Shown here: in pieces, positions 8,521 through 17,355 of the stretch | Layout of the letters: every line of letters starts with the position of its first letter | Position numbering within the stretch: the stretch's first letter is position 1 | From: Patescibacteria group bacterium | GTDB lineage: Bacteria > Chloroflexota > Limnocylindria > Limnocylindrales > CSP1-4 | Assembly: GCA_035606295.1 (NCBI GenBank) | Contig: DATNFQ010000126.1 | Span: 1-25,190, forward strand | Direction: 5' to 3' | Length of the DNA stretch: 25,190 nt | Translations under genes and position numbers: made by a program | Notes under the pieces: model-generated | Told to the model about the DNA's origin: nothing | Seen by the model: only the letters and a program-made list of their open reading frames with translations | The model's database searches: none

Positions 8521-9333
8521 TCAGCCTTCGCCGGCCGCGCCGCGGCCGAGATACGCCTCGACCACGCGTGGATCGGCACGCACCTCGGCGGGTGAGCCCT
8601 CGGCGATCTTCTCGCCATGGTCGAGGACCGTGACCCGGTCGCTGATACCCATGACGACCTTCATGTCGTGCTCGATGAGCAGGACCGTGAGCCCGAGGCG
8701 TGCTCGGAGCTCGCGGACGAACTCCGTCAGCCGCCTGGTCTCCTCGGGGTTCATGCCCGCGGTCGGCTCGTCGAGGAGCAGCAGCTTCGGTTCGGTCGCC
8801 AGGGCACGCGCGATCTCGAGTCGCCGTTGATCCCCATACGGCAGGTTGCGGGCGAGCGTGTCCTTGCGGCTCCCGAGCCCGACGAGGTCGAGCAGCTCCA
8901 TGGCCCGGGCGTGGGCCTCCTCCTCCTCGCGGATGATCGAGCGCGGCCTCAGGATCGCCCCGAACCAGCGGCCCTTGAGCCGATGGTGGAGGCCGACCAG
9001 CACGTTGCTCTCAGCCGACATGTTCCCGAACAAGCGGATGTTCTGGAACGTCCGTGCGATCCCGACGCGGACCACCTCATGCGGCTTGTCGCCGGTGATG
9101 TCGGCGCCATCGAACGTGATCCGCCCTTCCGTCGGGACATACAGGCCGGTGATCATGTTGAAGAACGTCGTCTTACCTGCGCCGTTCGGTCCGATGAGGC
9201 TCACGATCGATCCGCGCGGGATCGTGAAATCGATGTCGCTGACGGCGATCAGGCCGCCGAAGCGTTTCGTGCAGCCGGTGGCGACGAGTAGGTCGCCGGC
9301 AGCTTCGGTCGCCGCGGCGGCCATAGCGCTCAT
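8521..9333 (-). CDS. livG: Branched-chain amino acid ABC transporter ATP-binding protein
   Basis: GPNGAGKTT, IARTFQNIRLF, LPYGDQRRLEIARAL, LLLDEPTAGMN, LIEHDM, DPRVVEAYLG. ATGA overlap with livM. Confidence 0.95.
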   Translation of the reverse strand: MSAMAAAATEAAGDLLVATGCTKRFGGLIAVSDIDFTIPRGSIVSLIGPNGAGKTTFFNMITGLYVPTEGRITFDGADITGDKPHEVVRVGIARTFQNIRLFGNMSAESNVLVGLHHRLKGRWFGAILRPRSIIREEEEAHARAMELLDLVGLGSRKDTLARNLPYGDQRRLEIARALATEPKLLLLDEPTAGMNPEETRRLTEFVRELRARLGLTVLLIEHDMKVVMGISDRVTVLDHGEKIAEGSPAEVRADPRVVEAYLGRGAAGEG

Positions 9334-10685
9334 CGGGCAGCCTCCGGCCCTGTCGTGGTCGAAGGCGGCTCGGGCGGGGGCGCGTTCGGATCGGGGATCG
9401 GGGCATCGTCCAGGCTGACCTCCTCGATCTCCCCGAGCGCGGTCAGCTCATCGCCGGTCGCGCCGGTCACCTCGGCGGCGATCCCGACGCCGTGCATCTC
9501 GGCCTTGGCGCCGGCATCGGGGAAGAGCCCTTCGGGTCGCCTGATCATCATGATCACCAGGACGATCCCGAAGAGGAGGTAGTTGTACGTCGTCAGCTTG
9601 AAGTCGGCCAGGATCTGCTGGCCCGTCGCGACACCGAGGTTGTGCATCGGGTCGTTGACGATGTTGTCGCCCAGCCACGGCAGCAAGGCCCGGTCGACGT
9701 AGAGCAGTGCGAAGGCGCCGATGACCACGCCACGGAGCGAGCCGATCCCACCCAGGATGATGATGATCACGACCAGGATAGAAACGTTATAGCTGAAGGT
9801 CTCCGCGAAGATCGCCGTGTTGTAGGCGCCGGTGAAAGCGCCGGCGAAGCCTGAGAAGCTCGCACCGAGCGAGAACGCCAGCAGTTTCGTCGTGACGGTG
9901 TTGATGCCCATCGCCGCGGCTGCCGTCTCGTCCTCGCGGATCGCCATCCATGCTCGGCCCAGCTTCGAGTCGCGCAGCCGGCGGCAGATGAAGAACGTGA
10001 TGGCAAGCAGCGCGAGTACCAGATACCAGGACGCGATCACGTTCTGGTTCGAGAACACGATCGAGGCACCCCAGGGCCCGGGGATGGGGATGATCGGGGG
10101 GTCGATCGGGTTGATCCCGACGTTGCCGCCCGTCAGGTTGGCGTTCGGGCCCAGGATCACGGCACCGCCGAGGAAGGCCGGTAGCGCGATCGTGATGTCG
10201 CCGAGGTTACGGAAGACCAGACGCACGATCTCACCGAATCCGAGCGTGACGATAGCGAGGTAGTCGCCGCGCAGCTTGAGCGTCGGTGCGCCGAGCATCA
10301 CGCCGAAGATCGCGGCCGCCGCGACGGCGATCCAAAGCACGATCCACCAGCTGATGTGGATCCCGAAATGGCTCGACGCAAGGAAGGCCGTCGTGTACGC
10401 GCCGATCGCGTAGAAGGCGACATACCCGAGGTCCAGCAGGCCCGCGAAGCCCATGACGATGTTCAGCCCGAGCGCGAGGATCGCGAACGTGGCGCAGACG
10501 ACGAGGACCGCGGTCCCCGGCCAAGGAAGGGCAGGGATCGCATTCGAGAGAGGTCGGTAGATCAGCGGATAGACCAGGGCGAGGACGACGATGACCGCCA
10601 GGATGACGGTCTGCCGGCGGCGCTCCTCCATCCCGGCGAGCGGATTCGGGATCGATCGGCGCGGCGCCCTGACGGCCTCGGTCAT
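9330..10685 (-). CDS. livM: Branched-chain amino acid ABC transporter permease
   Basis: LGLNIVMGFAGLLDLGYVAFYAIGAY, LRGDYLAIVTLGFGEI, GRAWMAIREDETAAAAMGIN, ILGGIGS. Confidence 0.95.
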   Translation of the reverse strand: MTEAVRAPRRSIPNPLAGMEERRRQTVILAVIVVLALVYPLIYRPLSNAIPALPWPGTAVLVVCATFAILALGLNIVMGFAGLLDLGYVAFYAIGAYTTAFLASSHFGIHISWWIVLWIAVAAAAIFGVMLGAPTLKLRGDYLAIVTLGFGEIVRLVFRNLGDITIALPAFLGGAVILGPNANLTGGNVGINPIDPPIIPIPGPWGASIVFSNQNVIASWYLVLALLAITFFICRRLRDSKLGRAWMAIREDETAAAAMGINTVTTKLLAFSLGASFSGFAGAFTGAYNTAIFAETFSYNVSILVVIIIILGGIGSLRGVVIGAFALLYVDRALLPWLGDNIVNDPMHNLGVATGQQILADFKLTTYNYLLFGIVLVIMMIRRPEGLFPDAGAKAEMHGVGIAAEVTGATGDELTALGEIEEVSLDDAPIPDPNAPPPEPPSTTTGPEAAR

Positions 10686-10686
10686 G

Positions 10687-11613
10687 TCAGGCGCGCTCCG
10701 ACGCCTGCTCGGCGAGGAGCCCGGTCGGTCGGAAGATGAGGACGAGGATCAGGAGCGAGAAGACGATGACGCTCGTCCACTTGGCCTCGATGAACCGGTC
10801 GGACATCGCCGCGACGATCCCGACGAACAGGCCGCCGAGCGTCGCGCCGGTGAGGTTTCCGATCCCGCCCATCACGGCGGCGGTAAACGACAGCAGGCCG
10901 AACTGGAGGCCGTACTGGAAGAACGTCTGCCCGTAGTACAGGGCGACGACGAGTCCGGCCGCGCCTGCGAGGCCACCGGCGATGAGGAATGTCAGCGAGA
11001 TGGTCCGGTTCACGTCGATGCCCATGAGACCCGACGCCTCGCGGTCCTGAGCCGTGGCCCGCATCGCTTTGCCCTGGCGGGTACTCGCGACGAACCAGCG
11101 GAGGGCGAGCAGCAACGGGACCGTGACGCCGACCACGATCATCTCGTCGACGCCGAACCAGGCTGCGCCGCTCGGGAAGAACACCAAGTCGGTCCGGGGC
11201 AGGACCGGCTCGACGGCCTTCTGCGATGGTCCGAGCAGCAAGAGCCCGATGTTCTGCAGCACGAACGACATCCCGATCGCGCTGATCAGCGGCGCAAGTC
11301 TCGGGGCGTTACGTAACGGTCGGTACGCGAGACGCTCGATGCTGGCGTTGATGGTCGCCGTCATCAGCATGATGATCGGCAGGGCCAGGAGCGTCACGAC
11401 CAGAGCCAGGGTGCTCGATGCGGGGATGCCGAACCCGCGCACGATCAGCTCGGTGGCGAAATAGGTGAACGCTGTGCCGAGCATGAACACGTCGGCATGG
11501 GCGAAGTTGATGAGTTCGAGGATCCCGTAAACGAGGGTGTAACCGATCGCGATGAGCGCGATGATCAGGCCGTTGGTCACGCCGATCGTCAGCGCCTTGA
11601 CCAGTTCCTCCAC
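10687..11613 (-). CDS. livH: Branched-chain amino acid ABC transporter permease
   Basis: ALIAIGYTLVYGILELINFAHAD, APRLAPLISAIGMS, GKAMRATAQD, FTAAVMGGIG. GTG start with AGGAGAGG upstream. Confidence 0.95.
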   Translation of the reverse strand: MEELVKALTIGVTNGLIIALIAIGYTLVYGILELINFAHADVFMLGTAFTYFATELIVRGFGIPASSTLALVVTLLALPIIMLMTATINASIERLAYRPLRNAPRLAPLISAIGMSFVLQNIGLLLLGPSQKAVEPVLPRTDLVFFPSGAAWFGVDEMIVVGVTVPLLLALRWFVASTRQGKAMRATAQDREASGLMGIDVNRTISLTFLIAGGLAGAAGLVVALYYGQTFFQYGLQFGLLSFTAAVMGGIGNLTGATLGGLFVGIVAAMSDRFIEAKWTSVIVFSLLILVLIFRPTGLLAEQASERA

Positions 11614-11649
11614 GCCCTCTCCTTAAGGCAGTCGCGGATCTGGGAGCAC

Positions 11650-11686
11650 CCAGCCGGCCGATCGGAAAGCCCGAGCGGCCGGCTGG
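11650..11686 (-). terminator. Strong stem-loop between the binding-protein gene and livH (mRNA stabiliser or partial terminator)
   Basis: CCAGCCGGCCG/CGGCCGGCTGG 11-bp stem plus an inner TCGG/CCGA 4-bp stem. There is no U-tract. This position is typical of ABC operons, where it raises binding-protein expression. Confidence 0.65.
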
Positions 11687-11710
11687 AGGTGTCGAGCGGG
11701 GTGAGACCCG

Positions 11711-12940
11711 CTACTCGACGACGCTATCGAAGGCGAACTTCCCGTCCTTGACGATGTTTCCGGACATCGCCGTCAACGAGGTGTCACCTTCCTGGTTGAA
11801 GCTCCACTTGCCCAGCGCGCCCTCGTAGTCCTTCGTCTCCGAGACGGCCTTGAGGACTGCCGCGCGAAGCGCGGTCATATCGGCCGGGTTCGTCGCCGCG
11901 GCCTTCTCGATCGCCGCGATCACGGTGCCGGCGGCCTCGTACCCGTAGGCCGTGTACGCCTGGGGCGGGTTGTTCGGGTACTTCGCGTTGTAGTTCTTGA
12001 GGAAGTCCGCGCCCTTGCCGGTCAGCTTGTCGGCCGGCAGGCCGCCGAACGTGATGTACGTGCCTTCCGCTGCCTCGCCGGCAGCCTGGATCCACGCATC
12101 CTCGAGGATGCCGTCGGGGCCCATCAGCTTGACGTTCGGCATCGCGTCGCGCAGGTCGCGCCACAGCTGGCCGGCGTTGTTCTGGGTGATCCCGCCGAAG
12201 TACACGAGGTCAGGATTGGTCGCCTTGATCTTCTCGGCGAGCGCCTTGTAGTCGGTCGCCTTGCCGTCGATGCCGTCGCGGCCGAGGACGGTCAGGCCCT
12301 GGCCCGGCGCTTCCTTGTTGAAGACGTCGGCGATGCCCTTGCCGTAGAGCTCGGTGTCGTCGAGGACGTACACGTTCTTGGCGCCGAGCTTTGCGGCCCA
12401 CTTCGCACCGGCGAGACCCTGAAGGTCGTCCGCCGCCACGACGCGGAAGTAGTTGCGCGTGCAGCCGTTCGGGTAGTACTTGTCAGGCTCGTCGGCCTCG
12501 CCCTTGCCGGCCTTGGTCAGACCGGGATAGGTGTTGGCCGGGCTCACCATGACCATGCCCTTGCCGCACAGGATGGGGATCGAGAGCTTTGCAGCGCCCG
12601 AATTGAACGTCCCGATGTAGGCGACGAGCTTGTCGTCCGCCACGGCATCGTTGGCGTTCTTGATCTCGGTCGCCTCGTCCCACTTGCCGGCCGCAGCGGT
12701 CGAGTCGTCCTTGTCGCTGTACTTGATCGTGTAGCCGCCGGCCGTGTTGTTCTTCTCTGCGAGCGCCATGTTGATGGCGTTGACGATCGTATCGGTCTGG
12801 CCCTTGCTCGAGCCCTGCCGCGGTAGCGAGGACCAGACTTCGATCTCGCCCTTGCTTCCGCCGCCGCTACTACCACCGCTGCAGGCTGCTAGAGCCAGCG
12901 CGGCGACGGCAGCAAGCGTCCCGATCTTGCGCTTGTCCAT
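11711..12940 (-). CDS. livK: Branched-chain amino acid ABC substrate-binding lipoprotein (LivJ/LivK family)
   Basis: Lipobox LAAC after a signal peptide; IGTFNSGAAK, MVSPANTYPGLT, DDTELYGKGIAD, YTAYGYEA. Strong SD (AGGAGGAG). The actual ligand is not determined. Confidence 0.9.
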   Translation of the reverse strand: MDKRKIGTLAAVAALALAACSGGSSGGGSKGEIEVWSSLPRQGSSKGQTDTIVNAINMALAEKNNTAGGYTIKYSDKDDSTAAAGKWDEATEIKNANDAVADDKLVAYIGTFNSGAAKLSIPILCGKGMVMVSPANTYPGLTKAGKGEADEPDKYYPNGCTRNYFRVVAADDLQGLAGAKWAAKLGAKNVYVLDDTELYGKGIADVFNKEAPGQGLTVLGRDGIDGKATDYKALAEKIKATNPDLVYFGGITQNNAGQLWRDLRDAMPNVKLMGPDGILEDAWIQAAGEAAEGTYITFGGLPADKLTGKGADFLKNYNAKYPNNPPQAYTAYGYEAAGTVIAAIEKAAATNPADMTALRAAVLKAVSETKDYEGALGKWSFNQEGDTSLTAMSGNIVKDGKFAFDSVVE

Positions 12941-13171
12941 TCACTCTCCTCCTGGATAGCCAGGTCGCCGGTCCCTAACCGGGACGACCGTCGATCGTGG
13001 CACCCCGCCCCATCCCGATCCGGGAGATGCGAAGACACCCCGTCCTGCCCTTGCCTGACCCGACGACGTGCCCTCCCTTGGAGCGTCGATGGGGGCCTGG
13101 GGGCGGTGCGTGACGGAGGCGACGCAGACCGGTCTCGAGCGGCGCGCAGGTGACCGCCGAAACGATGCCGT

Positions 13172-13199
13172 ATCATATGCACCGGCGACCCGAATGCAA
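13172..13199 (-). promoter_or_regulatory. Putative sigma70-type promoter for the liv operon
   Basis: Minus strand TTGCAT (13199-13194), 16 nt, TATGAT (13177-13172). This implies a leader of about 225 nt before livK. Confidence 0.5.
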
Positions 13200-13328
13200 T
13201 ACCGGTCGGTCGCATCTCTCCGCAGCGCTTCGCGCCGGACGGATCGCAGGCCCGCCGGTCCGACCCAGGGTCGGGCTGACCCCGGTCGAGGGGCGACGGT
13301 CGCCGTCCTGCGAGGTACGACCTTAGGC

Positions 13329-13793
13329 GTGGAATATCTGGTCCGGCCCGCCCGCATCACGGATATCGACCGTCTCGTCGCGTTGAGCGACGCGGAACTG
13401 CGCGTCGGCCGCGACGCGAGCCCGCTCGACGCGGCTGATCTGCTCCGCCAGCTCGTCTACCTGCCGCAGGCGAGCATCTTCGTCGCCGAGTCCCAACGGC
13501 ACGTCGTTGGCGGCGCCGTCCTCGCGCTCCGACCTTCGGTCCGCGCGGGCGGTTTCGTCGGGACGATCGATCTCCTGGTCGTCGACCCCGACCACGATGC
13601 CGACCGGGTCGCGGACGCCCTCATCGAAGAGGTCGTCCGCTCGGCCAGCAACAAGGGCTGCGCGCTCGTCGAGGCGGCCCGACCCGAGGATGAGGCGGCG
13701 CTGAGCCGCTGGAAGGCCATGGGGTTCACCCCGGCCGGTCCTCGTATCCAACGAACCGTGGCCGCGGTGGGTTCCACCTCGCGCCGCTTCTGA
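13329..13793 (+). CDS. GNAT-fold protein with a degenerate acetyl-CoA-binding loop
   Basis: YLVRPARITDIDRLVAL, IFVAES...VVGGAVL, GTIDLLVVDPDH, ALIEEVVRSASNKGC and WKAMGF follow the GNAT layout. The start is set at GTG 13329. Confidence 0.8.
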   Translation: MEYLVRPARITDIDRLVALSDAELRVGRDASPLDAADLLRQLVYLPQASIFVAESQRHVVGGAVLALRPSVRAGGFVGTIDLLVVDPDHDADRVADALIEEVVRSASNKGCALVEAARPEDEAALSRWKAMGFTPAGPRIQRTVAAVGSTSRRF

Positions 13794-13868
13794 CCATCGA
13801 GCCGCCGAGCAGCGAGAACGCGCCGGTCGGGCACCAACCACATACGGGAATAACCCAAGGAGTCACAG

Positions 13869-15755
13869 TTGGGCAAGAACGTCGCCGTCTACGTGGACGT
13901 GGCGAACATCTTCTACGCGGCGAAGGCCGCAGGCGTTGACATCGATTACGTCACGCTCCTCAAGTCGGCCAGCGCCGGGCGCGATCTCGTGCGCGCGTAT
14001 GCCTATACGGGTCTCGACCCAGATAACGAGAACCAGCGGAACTTCCACGATTTCCTGCGCCGCCACGGGTACAAGGTCGTGAGCAAGGACATCCGCAAAT
14101 ACGGCGACGGGAAGGTCAAGGCGAACCTCGACATCGAGCTCGTCGTCGACATGATGAAGACGGCTCGAAACCTCGACATCGCGATCGTCGTGTCCGGTGA
14201 TGGCGACTTCGCCCCGGCCATCCGCGCCGTCCAGGAGATGGGCGTGCGGGTCGAGGTGATCAGCTTCCGGGGCAACACGAGCTCCGATCTGATCGAGGTC
14301 GCCGATCAGTTCACCGATATCACCCAGCTCGCCCGGGTCGAGAAGGGCAGCCGCTCTGGTCGCCGCGTCGCCGACGACGATGCCGACCTGTCGATGACCG
14401 AGGTCCCGGACAAGCAGACCGAGGGCACCGGGGTAGGCCGCGGCGCTCGTGGCGGTCGTGGACGCGGCCGTGGCCGCTCCGAGGGCGAGCCCGCTGCTGC
14501 CACTGGCGGCAGCTCGGCGCGAGGCCGGCGCGGCAGCACCTCGACGAACGGATCGAGCAAGTCGTCGGTCATGCCGGGCGAACGCATCAGCGGCCGGTCC
14601 GGCAGCTTGTCGGAGGCCGATCTGGCCTCCGCGGAGGTCTTCACACTCGACGACCTCGACCCGACTGCGGCAGGCGCCGACGGACCTGAAGGGGTCGAGG
14701 GCGACGGAGGCGAGGCGCGCGACGATGGCGGTCGACGCCGGCGTCGCCGTGGTGGCCGGGGCCGGGGCCGGGGTCGCGGGCGCGACGAGGCGCCTGCCAC
14801 ATCCACCGCTCCGGTGACCGACTCGTTCGATGATGACGAAGAGGAAGAGGACGAGGACGAGGCGCCGATCCAGGCGCCCCGCCCGCGCAGCACGCCGTTC
14901 GGCTCGGTCTGGGATTCCCAGCTCGGCACGACCGCGGCGCCGACGAACCTGTCCTCGCCGAGCCCCGAGGACGAGGACTTCGATGAGCCGGAGATCCCCG
15001 AGTACCTGATCGCTGAGCAGCGCCGCGGCAAAGGGACCGGCAATCGCGGCGGCGGCGGACGCGGCCCACGCGGTGGCCGCTCCGCCTACCAGTCGGCGAT
15101 CGAGCGTGAGCGCTACGGCCGCGGCCGGACCGGCGGCATCAATCGCTATCCGGATGTGAGCGGACGCACGATGCCCACTGGCAGCCAGGGCAGCGGTGGG
15201 CGCAGCTACGATCGGCCGAACGACCGTCGGCGTGAACCGACCCGCCAGACCAGCTCCGCCGAGCCGTGGAGCGAAGTGCCGCCGGAGCTCGAAGCGATGC
15301 TTCGGGCACAGGTGAGCCAGAAGCCGGCGCGGTCGTCGGACGTCGGCCCGTCGACGAGCGCCGAGATGACCGACTCGGTCGCAGCCGAGGCCATCGTCCT
15401 TGACGTGGACGGGGTCGTCGAGGAAGCGACGACGCCTGCCAAGGCGGCCCCGAAGCGCCGGACCACTCGGAAGTCGACCGCCGCCGATGCGGACGCTGCG
15501 TCGGCCGCCGAATCTGGCGAATCGGCAGCCCCGAGGCGTCGGACGACGCGCAAGGCGACGACGTCTGCCGCCGACGGCGAGACGCCTGAGGCCGCGGCCT
15601 CGAAGCCCCGGGCGTCTCGGTCGAAGACCGCGACAGCGAAGGCGACGGCTTCCGCAGATGCCGCGGCGGGCGACGGAACGCAGGAGGGCGATGCTGCCGA
15701 GGCGGCGACGCCGAAGCGCCGGACCACGCGAAAGACGACCAAGACCGCTTCCTGA
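13869..15755 (+). CDS. NYN/LabA-DUF88 (PIN-like) domain protein with a long disordered C-terminal region
   Basis: VYVDVANIFY, KANLDIELVVDM, IVVSGDGDFAPAI, GVRVEV and ADQFTDI form an intact NYN acidic active-site set in about the first 157 aa. TTG start with AAGGAG. Confidence 0.92.
   Translation: MGKNVAVYVDVANIFYAAKAAGVDIDYVTLLKSASAGRDLVRAYAYTGLDPDNENQRNFHDFLRRHGYKVVSKDIRKYGDGKVKANLDIELVVDMMKTARNLDIAIVVSGDGDFAPAIRAVQEMGVRVEVISFRGNTSSDLIEVADQFTDITQLARVEKGSRSGRRVADDDADLSMTEVPDKQTEGTGVGRGARGGRGRGRGRSEGEPAAATGGSSARGRRGSTSTNGSSKSSVMPGERISGRSGSLSEADLASAEVFTLDDLDPTAAGADGPEGVEGDGGEARDDGGRRRRRRGGRGRGRGRGRDEAPATSTAPVTDSFDDDEEEEDEDEAPIQAPRPRSTPFGSVWDSQLGTTAAPTNLSSPSPEDEDFDEPEIPEYLIAEQRRGKGTGNRGGGGRGPRGGRSAYQSAIERERYGRGRTGGINRYPDVSGRTMPTGSQGSGGRSYDRPNDRRREPTRQTSSAEPWSEVPPELEAMLRAQVSQKPARSSDVGPSTSAEMTDSVAAEAIVLDVDGVVEEATTPAKAAPKRRTTRKSTAADADAASAAESGESAAPRRRTTRKATTSAADGETPEAAASKPRASRSKTATAKATASADAAAGDGTQEGDAAEAATPKRRTTRKTTKTAS
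15450..15734 (+). repeat. Three coding repeats P(K/R)RRTTRK in the NYN protein tail
   Basis: 15450-15473 PKRRTTRK, 15531-15554 PRRRTTRK, 15711-15734 PKRRTTRK, separated by Ala/Asp/Glu-rich spacers. Confidence 0.85.
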
Positions 15756-15760
15756 TCCCG

Positions 15761-17002
15761 ATGGACGGCGCGCGGACCCGGGGCCATCCCGGGGCGCTGG
15801 CTGCCATCGGATCGATGATCCGGGGCGGTGGCCCGGGGGCGGTCCTGCTCGTGGGTCCGGCCGGTGTCGGTAAGACCACGCTCGCCATCGACCTCGCGGC
15901 GGGACTGCTCTGCACCTACGCCGATCCGGCGGCGAGACCCTGCGGCGCGTGCCGTAGCTGTCGGCTGGTCGCGCACGGCGGTCATCCCGACCTGCACCTG
16001 CTCGGGCCCGAGGGCGCGGGTCGTCAGGTCGTGATCGGCGGTCCGGGCTCGAAGGTGCGCGGCGTCCGTGATCTCATCGCCGAGCTCGCGCTGCTGCCGG
16101 TCGAAGGCGGTGCGCGCGTCGCCGTCATCGAGTCTGCGCACCGGATGAATGAGGACGCCCAGGCGGCCCTGCTCAAGACGCTCGAGGAGCCGCCTACCGG
16201 AGCGACGATCGTGTTGTGTGCCGATGCCGAGGAGCCGCTGCTTCCGACCATCCGCTCGCGCTCCGCCAGGATCCGGCTCGGGCCCGTCGGTGTCCGGGAC
16301 ATCGAGGCGCTCCTTGCCGCCGTGGCCGCCGCCGATCCGCCGGTCGCCGCCCGAGCCGCTCGGATCGCCGGTGGCCGCCCGGGCGTCGCGTTGGCGTGGG
16401 TCGCGCGACCCGACGCGCTGCGCGAGCGCGACGCGATCGGCCGGACGTTGCTGGATCTGATCCACGCGCGACCAGCCGATCGCCTCGCGGGCGTGCGTGC
16501 CCTCGCATCGACCGCGTCCGCCCTCGTGGGGATCAGCGACGGCCGGGCCCTCGACCTCCGACCGGACGACGCACAGGAAGGGGCGACTGCCCCAGCCGGC
16601 AAGGGCAAGCGCTCCCGCGGCAAGGCTACGGCGGCCGTCGCCGATGCGACCGACGCGGATGCCGGTCCGGCCGATGATGACGACGGTGACGCCGCCGGCC
16701 CCGCGCGGGCTCCCGCGGCGGAACGGCGGAGGGCGGCAGAAGCCCTGATCGCGCTCTGGACCGACCTCGCGCGAGATGTCGCCCTGTGCCAGCGCGGTCT
16801 GGACCGTTCCGTTCGCGACGTCGGACTCCTCGACGAAGTCCGGGGAGCCGCGACCGACCTCGACGCGGATGCGGTGCATGCCTTCATCGACCGGCTCGGC
16901 CTGGCAGCGGTCCTCGTCGCCGGCAATACATCGCCCGAGCTCGTCCTCGACGACCTCGCACTCGCTTGGCCCCGACCCGTGACGGGAACGCGCGCCGCGT
17001 GA
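15761..17002 (+). CDS. holB: DNA polymerase III subunit delta' (clamp loader)
   Basis: GPAGVGKTT, zinc motif C...PCGACRSC, GGHPDL, AHRMNEDAQAALLKTLEEPP, LLPTIRSR. Confidence 0.9.
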   Translation: MDGARTRGHPGALAAIGSMIRGGGPGAVLLVGPAGVGKTTLAIDLAAGLLCTYADPAARPCGACRSCRLVAHGGHPDLHLLGPEGAGRQVVIGGPGSKVRGVRDLIAELALLPVEGGARVAVIESAHRMNEDAQAALLKTLEEPPTGATIVLCADAEEPLLPTIRSRSARIRLGPVGVRDIEALLAAVAAADPPVAARAARIAGGRPGVALAWVARPDALRERDAIGRTLLDLIHARPADRLAGVRALASTASALVGISDGRALDLRPDDAQEGATAPAGKGKRSRGKATAAVADATDADAGPADDDDGDAAGPARAPAAERRRAAEALIALWTDLARDVALCQRGLDRSVRDVGLLDEVRGAATDLDADAVHAFIDRLGLAAVLVAGNTSPELVLDDLALAWPRPVTGTRAA

Positions 17003-17337
17003 CCGACGAAGCCCGCGACACGGTGGCCGAGCGGGCCGAATCGATCGAGGAGCGACTCGATGCCACCGTTCGGGGCCGTGTCCAGGGTGTCGGTTTCCGT
17101 TACTACGTCGTCCGCCACGCGATGGACCTCGGCCTGACCGGGTGGGTCGCGAACGAGCCGGATGGCTCGGTGCGCTGCGTCGCTGAAGGTGCTCGCCCGT
17201 CGCTCGAGGCGCTCCTCGACGCGCTCGAGCGGGGGCCCGCCGGCGCGCTCGTCGATCGTGTCTCATCCCATTGGGAGATGGCGACCGGTGGCTGGCGCTC
17301 GTTCGAGGTCCGGAGTGGTGGCCACCGCGGCGATTGA
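16999..17337 (+). CDS. acyP: Acylphosphatase
   Basis: VRGRVQGVGFRY and GLTGWVANEPDGSV signatures. The GTG overlaps the holB stop (GTGA). Confidence 0.95.
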   Translation: MTDEARDTVAERAESIEERLDATVRGRVQGVGFRYYVVRHAMDLGLTGWVANEPDGSVRCVAEGARPSLEALLDALERGPAGALVDRVSSHWEMATGGWRSFEVRSGGHRGD

Positions 17338-17355
17338 CCGCGGGACGCTACACCG

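Noticed and set aside
13177-13215. Loose inverted repeat ATGCACCGGCGACC...GGTCGGTCGCAT over the liv promoter
   Set aside because: It needs several gaps to pair, so it is not distinguishable from chance in GC-rich DNA.
15450-15734. Spaced ~24-bp DNA repeats considered as a possible CRISPR array
   Set aside because: They are in-frame coding repeats with synonymous variation and irregular spacing (81 and 180 bp), and no cas genes are present.
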